A DNA stretch of 32,000 nt. Origin: Halogeometricum borinquense DSM 11551. Its GTDB lineage: Archaea > Halobacteriota > Halobacteria > Halobacteriales > Haloferacaceae. Every line of letters begins with the position of its first letter. The first letter of the stretch is position 1. Shown one piece after another: positions 23,395 through 32,000 of the stretch. Where the stretch lies: positions 90,001-122,000 of the forward strand of contig NC_014736.1 in NCBI RefSeq assembly GCF_000172995.2, in the 5' to 3' direction. A program made the translations under genes and the position numbers. Under the pieces are notes generated by a model, which saw nothing but the letters and a program-made list of their open reading frames with translations, had not been told where the DNA came from and searched no databases.

Positions 23395-25269
23395 ATGGCC
23401 TCCACCACAATCGCACGAACTGAATGCCGACGGTATCTTCGCGGAAAGATTCCGTGGATCGTCGCACTGTGTTTCATCGTCCTCAGTCGAGCATCAGTCA
23501 AACCGGACCCAGAAGCCACTCGAATCATCGGCAACGCGATCTCGCTGATACATGCACAGCCCCCGACCGTGATAATCGTCCCATTCGCTGCTGCCGCCAT
23601 CAGTTTCCGGTCTATCATTCGAGAACGCGAATCCGGGACCGCTCGAATACTTCTCGGCACCGAAACAACCCGTCCCGGCCTTGTTCTAGGAATGGTGCTC
23701 GGACGCGCCACCGCACTTCTCGTTCCAATCCTGGCCGCCACCATACTCGTCGTCGGATACGACACCCTCCAGTACGGCCAATTCTCCCCACTGTTACTTC
23801 TCGGATTTCTCACGCTCTCGGCAGCGTACGTATTTGCTTGGACAGGATTGATCGTCGGTATCTCGGCCGCCAGCTCGTCTACGACTCGCGCTATCATCCT
23901 CGGGAGTATCGCGACCATCGGCTTCACACTCTGGAACGACGTCACGCTCTCATTCGTGTGGCAACTCACGACCGGTACCACTCCCGGAACCGAACTCGCG
24001 TACCCAGATGCGTTCGCGGTAGCAGGCTGGCTCTCGCCCGTAAGCGCCTTCCAGGTTCTCGTGAACTGGCTGTTCGGCGTACCCATTGGCCCCGACAGCA
24101 CCGTCACACAGGTTGCCGACGCGATGCGTCAAACCGGCGAGTTCGCACCGACGCCCCCGCCGCTTTCCCCGTGGTGGGCGTGGGTGTTCCTGCTAGCGTG
24201 GCCGGCGCTCACACTCGTTACCGGCATCACGATATTCCAGCGCAGCGACCTCGCCCCGCGTAGTCAACCCGAGATACTCCGCCGACTCATCGACGTCGTG
24301 CCTTCGCTGCCTCCGCTCAGCGAGCGACAATTCGACTGGTTACCCGGACGAAGTAACATCATTGATTCGCTGCCTGGCTCGTGGCAGCCGCTCGCCCGCC
24401 GTGAATTCCACCAGCTTGCTCGTACTCCGCTCGTCTGGGCGGTTGGCGGGCTTGTGTTCGTCGCTGCCATCCTCAGTCTCTCACCAGCCTCGTACATCCA
24501 GCAAGCACTTGGCTCACGTGTCCCGCTAGCCGCCCTTCAGCAACCGCTCAGGTTCATCGGTGGGATTGGTGTACTCTTCGGGACGTTCCGGTCCGTAATT
24601 CACGAGCGGGACACGGGTGCGATTCGCTTCACTGCCGGAACTGCAGTTTCACGCACGGAAACCCTCGTTGGCTTCACCCTTGGTCGCGCAGCCGCATTCG
24701 CTGTTCCGATCGTCCTTGCGGTCGTCCTCACCTGCCTCGTCGCCGTTCCACAACATGGTATTGTTCCCCTTAGCATGCTTGCTGTCTTCCTCTCGTACAC
24801 CGTTCTGTTCGTCGTCGTGATTGCTGGGATTGGCGTCTCGTTGTCGACGATTCTGCGGAGCCAAGCGGTCGCCGGATTCGCAGTTCTCGTCTTCGCTGCC
24901 GTTCAAATCATGTGGCTCCAAATCTCGAACATAATCTATTGGGTAGTCTCGGGCACGAACGTCTCCGGGTTTACTCCACCAAGTAATCCATTCTACTTGG
25001 TCATTCGCTGGTTCCCACCGCTACAACTTTCGAACGTCGTGACGAATGCGATCATCGGCGTTCCAAATTCCGCAGCCACCGCCACCGGCGTCATCAGTAA
25101 CCTTCAGCCAAACCAGTTCTCGAATTCGGTAGTCGTACGGTTACACTACAGCTCCGACGTGCCCGTCTGGTACCTTCATCCATCTGCCGCCCTCGTCGGG
25201 TTAATCCTATGGATGTTCGTTCCGTTTGCGATCGCCCTCGCTCTCTACCGTACTCGAACCATCGATTAG
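23395..25269 (+). CDS. Fused tandem ABC-2 family permease (internal duplication, about 12 or more TM segments)
   Basis: 624 aa. The two halves each carry the ABC-2 motif block IRERESGTARILLGTETTRPGLVLGMVLGRATALLVPI (about nt 23611-23745) and IHERDTGAIRFTAGTAVSRTETLVGFTLGRAAAFAVPI (about nt 24595-24730). Each half starts with a basic stretch followed by a TM segment. Confidence 0.85.
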   Translation: MASTTIARTECRRYLRGKIPWIVALCFIVLSRASVKPDPEATRIIGNAISLIHAQPPTVIIVPFAAAAISFRSIIRERESGTARILLGTETTRPGLVLGMVLGRATALLVPILAATILVVGYDTLQYGQFSPLLLLGFLTLSAAYVFAWTGLIVGISAASSSTTRAIILGSIATIGFTLWNDVTLSFVWQLTTGTTPGTELAYPDAFAVAGWLSPVSAFQVLVNWLFGVPIGPDSTVTQVADAMRQTGEFAPTPPPLSPWWAWVFLLAWPALTLVTGITIFQRSDLAPRSQPEILRRLIDVVPSLPPLSERQFDWLPGRSNIIDSLPGSWQPLARREFHQLARTPLVWAVGGLVFVAAILSLSPASYIQQALGSRVPLAALQQPLRFIGGIGVLFGTFRSVIHERDTGAIRFTAGTAVSRTETLVGFTLGRAAAFAVPIVLAVVLTCLVAVPQHGIVPLSMLAVFLSYTVLFVVVIAGIGVSLSTILRSQAVAGFAVLVFAAVQIMWLQISNIIYWVVSGTNVSGFTPPSNPFYLVIRWFPPLQLSNVVTNAIIGVPNSAATATGVISNLQPNQFSNSVVVRLHYSSDVPVWYLHPSAALVGLILWMFVPFAIALALYRTRTID

Positions 25270-25274
25270 TCTGC

Positions 25275-26174
25275 TCAAGCGTCAGCCAACTCGACGAAAG
25301 CGTCCTCGATTGTTCCTTGCTCGACATCGAACGATCGAATGCTCACCCCAGCTCCTTCCAGCCTCCGTAGCACTTGGTAACAGGCGGTCCGTGGACATGT
25401 AACCACTATCTCACCGGCGTCGTAGGTGGCGTCCTCAACGCCGTCGAAATCACGGATACCTTCTACCGCCAGGTCCTCGTCGGCCGTTTCGATGCAAAGG
25501 CGGGTTTGTACGCCCGCTATGTCGCGGAGTTCCGTTGGCGTTCCTTCGGCAATCAGGTGGCCGTTGGCGAGCAACCCAACCTGATCACAGACTCGTTCGA
25601 CTTGGTCGAGAACGTGGCTGGAGAAGAAGACGGTCGCACCCCGGTCACGTTCAGCTTCGACGACGTCTCTTACGAGACGGACGCCGTACGGGTCAAGGCC
25701 GGAGAACGGTTCGTCAAGGATGAGAAGCTCCGGCTCGCCAGCAATCGCCATCGCAAGCCCCAGCCGTTGCTGCATTCCCTTCGAGTAGCCGCCGGCACGC
25801 TGGTCGATCGCGTCTCCGAGGCCGACACGGTCGAGGACCGCTTCGGGGTTTCCAGTTGCGTCGTTGGCGTCGAGGACGTATCTAACGTGCTCGCGGCCGG
25901 TGAGGGTACTGTAGACGCCAAATTGGTCGGGTAAGATACCAGTGCGGGCGTGAATCTCACTGGCATCCTCTTGAGCGTCCAACCCGAGTACGGTAATACT
26001 GCCCGCCGACGGGCGTGTATAGTTCATTAGCATGTCGATGGTCGTAGACTTCCCTGCACCATTTGGCCCGAGAAAGCCGTACACGACGCCGTCTTCGACT
26101 GTGAGGTCGAGGTCCACGACGGCTGATTCGCCGCCGTAGCGTTTCGAAACTTCAGTTGTCTGAATCACGGTCAT
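25275..26174 (-). CDS. ABC transporter ATP-binding protein (ABC-2/DrrA-like)
   Basis: 299 aa. Walker A GPNGAGKSTT, signature YSKGMQQRLGLAMAI, Walker B LLILDEPFSGLDP, H-loop FFSSHVL. Its end is convergent with the permease gene, 5 nt away. Confidence 0.93.
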   Translation of the reverse strand: MTVIQTTEVSKRYGGESAVVDLDLTVEDGVVYGFLGPNGAGKSTTIDMLMNYTRPSAGSITVLGLDAQEDASEIHARTGILPDQFGVYSTLTGREHVRYVLDANDATGNPEAVLDRVGLGDAIDQRAGGYSKGMQQRLGLAMAIAGEPELLILDEPFSGLDPYGVRLVRDVVEAERDRGATVFFSSHVLDQVERVCDQVGLLANGHLIAEGTPTELRDIAGVQTRLCIETADEDLAVEGIRDFDGVEDATYDAGEIVVTCPRTACYQVLRRLEGAGVSIRSFDVEQGTIEDAFVELADA

Positions 26175-26365
26175 CGGGATACCTTCTGGAGGGTGCCGAG
26201 ACCGCCAATCAAGTATGGGATCTTCGTTTGGAAGGCCATATTCCCGCTACGCAGATCTCGTGTGAAAAACTTGCCATCTAATGGACTGCCGATAACAGAT
26301 GCTATCAGGGAGCCGACTCGACTTCATGCAGCAAAAAAGAAACGGGATACTGTATTCCAATACGC

Positions 26366-27045
26366 TCAGCTGGTAGGGGCGTCGTTCTCGTGGACTTCGT
26401 GTTCACCCGTGTCTTTCCCTTCCGTGACGATCGTGGCTTCACCCTCACGTTCGAATCCGGCGATCTCAGCAGCGTACTCGGCGGACAGAGTTGCGATGAA
26501 CGACGAGGCATTCTCGTCGATGTCGTCCTCCGTCTTCCCTTCGAACGTCGCGAAGGGACCGGGAAGCGATTTTTCTAGTTTCTGAGAGGGGTTTTTGTAG
26601 TCGGTGCCATTGTATTCCCAGGTGAGGATCTGTTCGTGAGTGTAGACCTTCTCCCCTGCAACCATCCCGGTAGCTACAGTGGTTTCGGTCGCGGTCGTGT
26701 AGCTGTCCGCGGGTTGGAGATCCACAGGTTCGGAGTGCGTGGAGATCTCCAGATCAGCATTCATGTAGACGTCACAGATCGCCTCTTTCTGTTCCTTGGA
26801 GAGGTCTTTGGCGTACTCGTTCTGCTCTTCCTCAGAGAGATCGTAGATGTCCTTGATGAACCCGACGACTGCATCGCGGTCATCAGGGTTGAAATCAGTG
26901 TCGACACCGTTATCGGCTAGGGCTGAGCCCGTGCTCGCGACACCGACGCCGGTGATGGATGCAAGCGTGAGACCACTGACCTTCAGATGCTTCTTCGGCT
27001 ACTCTTCGACTGCTGGCTTTGCTGGTTGGAACGCTTTCTCGTCAT
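26366..27045 (-). pseudogene. Secreted acidic protein whose Tat signal peptide is split by a frameshift
   Basis: The track ORF (26366-26764) is open in frame up to 26998 and encodes PKKHLKVSGLTLASITGVGVASTGSALADNG..., but has no start codon and is preceded by TAG. The ATG at 27045 in another frame gives MTRKRSNQQSQQSKSSRRSI*. Joining the two around 26985-26995 gives SRR.HLK + h-region + ALA, a textbook Tat signal. Confidence 0.6.
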
Positions 27046-27133
27046 GGCTCTATCTTGTGTTCGGGGAACCGAACACATCCTTCAGTCCGATACATAATAC
27101 AATAATATTAAGCGTTGAAAAGTAGACCATCTA

Positions 27134-27537
27134 GTGAAATATCACCCACCAGTTGATCAAAATTCTCTATCTGAATCTTCGCACGCGATGCAGTTTCTGT
27201 ACGTTCCCTCGACCAAAGGAGAGGGAACAGCGGTCTTCGCGACGAATCTCTCAGTCGGCCCCAAGGAAGCTAAGACGTTCTGCCGCCGCTACAGCCGTCG
27301 CTGGCAGATCGAGAGCGAGTACAAGAGCATCAAGAACGACTTCTTAGCGAAAACCTCGTCCAGGGATTATCGCGTCCGACTGTTCTACTTGGTGTTCGCG
27401 TGCTATTGCACAATATCTGGCGGCTCACTGATTTCCTGTTGAAGATTAGTGTCGGCGGTGAGATGGATTATGCACCAGTTCTGACTGCTGGAGAGTGTGT
27501 CGAGTTGGTTTGCTCGGCACTAGTCCCGCCTGACTAG
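27134..27537 (+). pseudogene. C-terminal fragment of an IS4-family (ISH8-like) transposase, itself frameshifted
   Basis: CRRYSRRWQIESEYKSIKNDFLAKTSSRDYRVRLFYLVFA contains the IS4 Y-(2)-R-(3)-E-(6)-K region. From 27403 another frame continues LLHNIWRLTDFLLKISVGGEMDYAPVLTAGECVELVCSALVPPD* (stop at 27535-27537). No N-terminal part or left end is present. Confidence 0.7.
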
Positions 27538-28250
27538 CGCTCTACACCAGCTCGGACTGCCTATTGTGAGTGGCGACACTCTGCGAGTGGTCAAATTTTG
27601 GGCTGTTTCCGCGCATTCGGTGGCGTCTCACCGAGGATAGTAGTTGATGCGACACCGATGTGGCCTTTCCGAACCAAAAAAGGCTTAGAAAAGCGCAAAA
27701 ATAACCCATCCTCCGAAACTCTGCAACACGTCAACCGGTCGTTTGTATTGTGATATGTAGTTTATAGAATTGGGTAACGAAGCAGTATAGTCAGTTCCAG
27801 CAGGATACGGTCAGTAGAGACATCCAACTGTGGCCGTAGTCATACGGTGTGACAAGGGAATCAAGCAAATACGTTGTCGTCTTCGGACGGCTTGGTCGGA
27901 AATCCCACGCCGCGGGTCTTGTACTCCCCGAGTTAGTGGCTCAGCGACGCCCCTGTACTCAGGACGGCGTTCATGATCGTCGCGTCAGCAACTGGTACGC
28001 TATCGTCGAAGCTACTCTCAGTCTCCTGGCGCTCGCAGTTGGGTCGTGTCTCTAGCACCTCGGGTGGTCCGGTCAGACTTTTTCCAACGACTTATCTTCG
28101 ATATGCGGAACATGAAAAGACAATCGGAGACAGAAAGATAACCGATGAGGCTCACAGTCCAGTCTCAACCCACACCCATCTAACACACGACGATCAAGGC
28201 ATGGGAGGGTGTCTTCTCACGAGTGAGTGACGAGTCGTATTTAAATCATT

Positions 28251-28860
28251 TATCTGTGATAGACATCTGTTACGAGCGTCTGTTACGGAGCTGATGCTGA
28301 TCTACCGGACCAGAAAATCAAGTACAGAAATCTGTTACAGACATCTGTTCTGAATTTCAAGGATGAATTTCTGTCTCAATATCCCGATAAGCAGTCGGAC
28401 AAGAGAATAGTAACAGTGCTACAGACGACTATTACAGACATCTATCACAGAAGACTATCACAGATAACTACGGCAGAGAAATTATACAGATTTTCACGGC
28501 AGACTCAGGATTGATTTTCTAGAATAGCACGAATTTCGACAGTAAATCCCGAACTAATCACAATACTGCATCATGACAGGCAATTATTACAGATATCTGT
28601 TACAGATAGTTGTTCTCAGTATTTGTAACATCCTCATCCGGTATGATGGAACCGATTGCTACCAAGGAAATATAATACAGACAGATATAACAGAAGTCTG
28701 TTACAGAGACCAATTCTCGATCTCTGTGGTAAATGAGTGAGACGGAAATACTGACAAAATAACCGGGACATCTATTACACTCCAGTGCTACAGAAATCTG
28801 TTACAGATATCTATAACAGACACCATTAACAGAAATTCAGTACGTACGTCTGACACAGAT
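28251..28860. repeat. Iteron array: four perfect and more than 12 degenerate copies of the near-palindromic 11-mer TCTGTTACAGA upstream of the parA-like operon (candidate centromere or origin-associated site)
   Basis: Perfect TCTGTTACAGA copies are at 28331-28341, 28596-28606, 28697-28707 and 28797-28807; the last three are about 100 bp apart. Each is flanked by variants (TCTGTTACGAG 28266, TCTGTTACGGA 28279, TCTGTTCTGA 28345, TCTATCACAGA 28441, ACTATCACAGA 28454, TCTATAACAGA 28810, CCATTAACAGA 28823, and others). There is no long ORF here. Confidence 0.8.
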
Positions 28861-28891
28861 TTATGAGGGAGTGACCAGAATCCCGAAGCGT

Positions 28892-29887
28892 ATGATAACG
28901 GCCGTAGTCTATTCCGAATCAGGTGGGACGTTCAAGACGACTATGACGGCCAACGTCGCAGTCGCACTGGAGCGAATGGGCCAAAACACACTTGTATTGG
29001 ACTTGGACCCTCAGGAAGGAAACCTAACTAGCCTCTTCGACGTCGGCGAACACCGGAGTGACCCAGATGCGGACAATCTGGTCAAGCATATTCTTGATAT
29101 GCCAGACGGGGACTTCCACGATCTGATCGAAACATCGGACGAAGGCGTCGATATCATTCCGAGTCACGATATGCTCGGTGACTTTACCTCGAATTTAGAG
29201 CAGAAAATCTCCTACGAGACCGGAATGAAAAACATGAATCGTGACGAGTATCCCCGGTTCGAGCTTCTATACGAACTACTCTGGGAGAAACAGAAACTGC
29301 ACGAAGAGTACGACGCGATTCTCATCGATCCAAACGCGCGAGCAGAAGACCTACTTTACAATGCGATCTTCGCACTACGGACGCTCATTGCCCCCGTCAA
29401 ACCGGCTGGAAAAGGCAATCTGAGCCTCGAAGGGCTTGATGAACTCGTCGGGAACATGGAGAACCAACTAGAGATAGAGATCGGACTCTCCTGCGTTGTA
29501 CCTTCCGGCGTTGGTCAGACGAACGCCCACCAGCAGTACCAAAAGCAGTTCGAGAACACGGAAGCCTTCTCCACACCGGTTACCATCGGCAACCGAGAAA
29601 GCCTCATGGATGCGATGTGGGAAGCCAGAGGCTCAGCATTCAAGGTGGTCGAAGAGCGGTGGAAGACCTTCGAGAAGGACGGAGAGATGGTGAGCGAACC
29701 CGGCCAACGGAGAGTGCGCGACAGAGAAGTCGAAACGCTACGGAAGCTATCCGAACTCGCCTGGTTCATCGCAACTGAAACGTTCGATACCGACGTTGAG
29801 CCAGTCCTAGAACTCGATATTCGGGGACACGAGAATCGGGTTATCGACCTGCAAGAGGATGCGCTAACGGAGACGACAACCGCATGA
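28892..29887 (+). CDS. ParA/Soj-superfamily-like partition ATPase with a degenerate deviant Walker A
   Basis: The overall layout is ParA-like: MITAVVYSESGGTFKTTMTANVAVALERMGQNTLVLDLDPQEGNLTS, ILIDPNA and so on. The canonical KGGVGKTT is replaced by SGGTFKTT. The track start GTG at 28871 is an alternative. Confidence 0.8.
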   Translation: MITAVVYSESGGTFKTTMTANVAVALERMGQNTLVLDLDPQEGNLTSLFDVGEHRSDPDADNLVKHILDMPDGDFHDLIETSDEGVDIIPSHDMLGDFTSNLEQKISYETGMKNMNRDEYPRFELLYELLWEKQKLHEEYDAILIDPNARAEDLLYNAIFALRTLIAPVKPAGKGNLSLEGLDELVGNMENQLEIEIGLSCVVPSGVGQTNAHQQYQKQFENTEAFSTPVTIGNRESLMDAMWEARGSAFKVVEERWKTFEKDGEMVSEPGQRRVRDREVETLRKLSELAWFIATETFDTDVEPVLELDIRGHENRVIDLQEDALTETTTA

Positions 29888-30342
29888 GCAATTTCAAATC
29901 CGGGTCCGGAAACCTTGATTTTGGTGGCGACGACGAAGAAGACGAAACCGCGACCGAAGCGGCGGACACCCAGACCAAAGAAGCCGACTCGACGACAGAA
30001 CAGCCCACACAACCCGAATCAGAGGAATCAGTACCCGATACAGAACGCTCATCGAATCAATCAGCAACGGAGGAATCGACGGCTAGCTCGCCGGCGGACA
30101 AATATCCGTACTTCGTCCGACGGAGTAACGTCGGAGATGAACGGGATACCCGTCTCGAGATTCACGTCCGGGACAAGGTAGCCGACCAAGAAGCCGCGTT
30201 CCGGAGCGAACTCGCCGAGCAACTCGGAACAAACGAGGTCTCAAAAACGGATGCCCGTGAGTTCGCCCTCCTCATGGCGTATCAACATCCAGACCGCGTT
30301 GCCGAACTGATGCAAGACGAAGGGTTCGGAACGCTCGGCTGA
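29884..30342 (+). CDS. Acidic small protein translationally coupled to the parA-like gene (candidate centromere-binding or adaptor partner)
   Basis: 152 aa. ATGA overlap at 29884-29887. It has a disordered D/E/T-rich N-terminal half and a structured C-terminal half (KYPYFVRRSNVGDERDTRLEIHVRDKV...AREFALLMAYQHPDRVAELM). The function is inferred from operon position only. Confidence 0.65.
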   Translation: MSNFKSGSGNLDFGGDDEEDETATEAADTQTKEADSTTEQPTQPESEESVPDTERSSNQSATEESTASSPADKYPYFVRRSNVGDERDTRLEIHVRDKVADQEAAFRSELAEQLGTNEVSKTDAREFALLMAYQHPDRVAELMQDEGFGTLG

Positions 30343-30598
30343 GAGACATCTGAGAGGTATTTCAGAGTCGCTCCATCTCACGGGCGGCGCGTATTTCAGA
30401 CAGTATCATAAGTTCGGCCTTATATCTGATAGTGATATACATTCGGTGAACGCGGAAACCGGGGTTCTATCACAGGTGGCGTGGGTGTGATAGTTATCCC
30501 GTGCGTCCGGCACCAGACGTCGCAAGTTCCTAAGCACCAGTCCGATTGAACAGCGGTAACTGCTGTTCTGATGGTACTCTCAGCAACGCCTGAGGTAA

Positions 30599-30970
30599 CT
30601 ATCGACGCTTCATGGCCCGATAACCGAATATGCCAGACACGCTAATGAGAGCCACGAGAGCGAGGAGAATCTCATCGGTGAGTTCGCTGCCCTCGATGAG
30701 AGCGGCAACGACCACGGTAACCCCAGAAAAAGCGAATACTGCCCACTCCTGCGGACGGGTCAAGTGCTGTTCAATCTCCTCACGAAACACCCAGTACACA
30801 AAGAAGACCGCCATCGTGACACCGAGAATGAGGCCCCATTCACCAGGTGCCGCGCCGACTCCAATGAACAAGACTGCGGCGGCGCCCGCAAATAGCACTT
30901 GGAACCCGAACCGGAGCCACGCCAAACTACTCCGTCCGGAATCGTCGTCTTCCGTCTGGTTCATCGACAT
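30599..30970 (-). CDS. Small integral membrane protein (about 4 TM segments)
   Basis: MSMNQTEDDDSGRSSLAWLRFGFQVLFAGAAAVLFIGVGAAPGEWGLILGVTMAVFFVYWVF...AVFAFSGVTVVVAALIEG...LLALVALISVSGIFGY. I prefer the internal ATG at 30970 to the track start at 31024. The antisense ORF 30630-31109 is Arg/Ser/Thr-rich and is rejected. Confidence 0.65.
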   Translation of the reverse strand: MSMNQTEDDDSGRSSLAWLRFGFQVLFAGAAAVLFIGVGAAPGEWGLILGVTMAVFFVYWVFREEIEQHLTRPQEWAVFAFSGVTVVVAALIEGSELTDEILLALVALISVSGIFGYRAMKRR

Positions 30971-31227
30971 ACGCACACCTTCACGCTGCAAGACATATGT
31001 TTGTCGTGTTCCGCAGATTTCCACCGATAGCTGTAGCTTTGGTCCTCAACTTAGCGAAGGTCGAAGGTCGGAACACCGCCTCGTCACGAGCATAGAGGAC
31101 CTACCGTGAAAACAGACGGGAAGGGAAAGTGATCAGCTCACTGTAAACCGCACAGAGGGCCAAAATCGGCAGATTGCGGTCGTGTCAATAGGTTTTTGTG
31201 TGGCTGGTCGTGTCTTTCTTTCACTGG

Positions 31228-32000
31228 ATGACCGGCCTCAAGCACCGACGGACACTGTTCGTCATGGTCCTCTCGAATCTAGTGTTACTTGCGGGCGTGT
31301 TCGTGTTCGATTGGAACCCACACCTGCTTTTACTGCTGTACTGGTTTGAGGTGGGGGTCGTCGTCATTCGAGCGGCTATCCAATCGTTGTTCGCAGAGTT
31401 ACCGCCCTCCGAGGGGTACAAACCAACTGGGTCAAGAGCGCCGTTCCCGCTTAAGCTTCTAGCGGAGGTCCGCGGTGGTTTCCACCCCGTGCGCTGGCTA
31501 CCTCCGGTGTACCCGCAGAACATTCCGTACATCCTACTTACATTGATCCCACTTGCCGCCTTCTGGCCGTTTGGGGGACTCATGTTGACCGGTGTCATTT
31601 CTCCGGTCGTCGAGACGTTTGTCCCGCCAGCATCAGCCGCCGTTGCCGCGTTCACCATTCTCGTCAGCCAGTTGTTCGAGCTGGCGGACTGGCTCCGGTC
31701 TCACAAATACGAGACAGTTGCGGCGACCGGCGGTATCTCCCGAACAGCCTTGGTGCTGCTGTTCGCTCTCGCGTTCGTCGCGCCATTCATCGTCGGGATT
31801 GCCGAGGCGGCCGGTGTCGCCCGGGTTGGACTCGGCCTCGTACTCGTCGGGTCCAAAGCCGCCTACGACTTCCTCGAAATTCGAAACCCCGGCTTCGTCC
31901 ATACAACGATGTTCATCGACGAGACGGTCGGGGAGACATCGACAGTTGACGTTCCCGACGGTGAACCAATCGCAGAGTTTCACACCGACCGACGTGCGGG
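31228..32000 (+). CDS. Polytopic membrane protein, partial (runs off the right edge)
   Basis: Absent from the ORF track because there is no stop in the window. My translation from the ATG at 31228 gives MTGLKHRRTLFVMVLSNLVLLAGVFVFDWNPHLLLLLYWFEVGVVVIRAAIQSLFAELPP...IPYILLTLIPLAAFWPFGGLMLTGV...ALVLLFALAFVAPFIVGIAEAAGVARVGLGLVLVGSKAAYDFLEI..., open to 32000. The two minus-strand track ORFs here (31221-31658, 31633-31983) look like shadows. Confidence 0.7.
   Translation, partial: MTGLKHRRTLFVMVLSNLVLLAGVFVFDWNPHLLLLLYWFEVGVVVIRAAIQSLFAELPPSEGYKPTGSRAPFPLKLLAEVRGGFHPVRWLPPVYPQNIPYILLTLIPLAAFWPFGGLMLTGVISPVVETFVPPASAAVAAFTILVSQLFELADWLRSHKYETVAATGGISRTALVLLFALAFVAPFIVGIAEAAGVARVGLGLVLVGSKAAYDFLEIRNPGFVHTTMFIDETVGETSTVDVPDGEPIAEFHTDRRA

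Noticed and set aside
23352-24263. 251-aa minus-strand and 279-aa alternate-frame ORFs overlapping the fused ABC-2 permease
   Set aside because: One product is Arg/Ser/Pro-rich and the other is an antisense artefact. The 23395 frame gives coherent TM segments and duplicated ABC-2 motifs.
25374-25934. 186-aa plus-strand ORF opposite the ABC ATPase
   Set aside because: It is an antisense shadow. The minus frame has Walker A, signature and Walker B motifs.
27849-28230. Two overlapping plus-strand ORFs (68 and 85 aa) between the IS4 fragment and the iterons
   Set aside because: The products are basic and Ser/Arg-rich, have no motifs and overlap each other in different frames. They are probably non-coding.
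28251-28860. Possible CRISPR array, because of the many short repeats
   Set aside because: The repeat unit is only about 11 bp, near-palindromic, degenerate and irregularly spaced, often back-to-back. There are no 25-40-bp repeats with unique spacers and no cas genes. The pattern fits iterons or a centromere.
29515-30012. 165-aa minus-strand ORF spanning the parA-like/partner junction
   Set aside because: It is an antisense shadow with Arg/Ser/Phe-rich low-complexity sequence.
31221-31983. Two minus-strand track ORFs (145 aa and 116 aa) at the right edge
   Set aside because: The plus-strand frame from 31228 is open to the window end and encodes clean TM helices. The minus-strand products are Gly/Arg/Asn-rich with no features.

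Overview
The window looks like accessory or plasmid-like DNA from a halophilic archaeon (class Halobacteria). The evidence is strongly acidic predicted proteins, GC-rich third codon positions, AT-rich TATA-type promoters about 25-30 nt upstream of start codons, ISH-type transposases and twin-arginine signal peptides.

Left half (1-14.8 kb): a contractile-injection-system (CIS, phage-tail-like) module. It contains a tail sheath, two tube paralogues, two or three small assembly-type genes, a DUF4255 cap/terminator and an Afp15-like AAA+ ATPase. No baseplate, spike, PAAR, tape-measure or LysM initiator gene is visible in the window. Divergently transcribed from the ATPase is the part I consider most novel, an array of three effector-partner cassettes:
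- a full-length DUF4157 (HExxH) protein plus a tightly coupled 311-aa partner;
- a 5'-truncated orphan copy that starts exactly at the HExxH motif, plus a 320-aa partner paralogue;
- an eroded third cassette.
A third, more diverged intact partner paralogue lies at the other end of the module, next to a partial ArsA/Get3 ATPase gene.

Right half (14.8-32 kb): a lower-GC, pseudogene-rich mosaic. It holds two ABC-2 exporter sets, two Tat-signal secreted proteins (one frameshifted) and a halolysin-like S8 protease. The protease is inactivated by two frameshifts and by an IS insertion with 17-bp inverted repeats and an 8-bp target duplication. There are also a TnpB remnant, an IS4/ISH8-like transposase fragment, an approximately 600-bp array of TCTGTTACAGA-type iterons upstream of a parA-like operon, and two membrane-protein genes. 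I found no rRNA, tRNA or CRISPR array.
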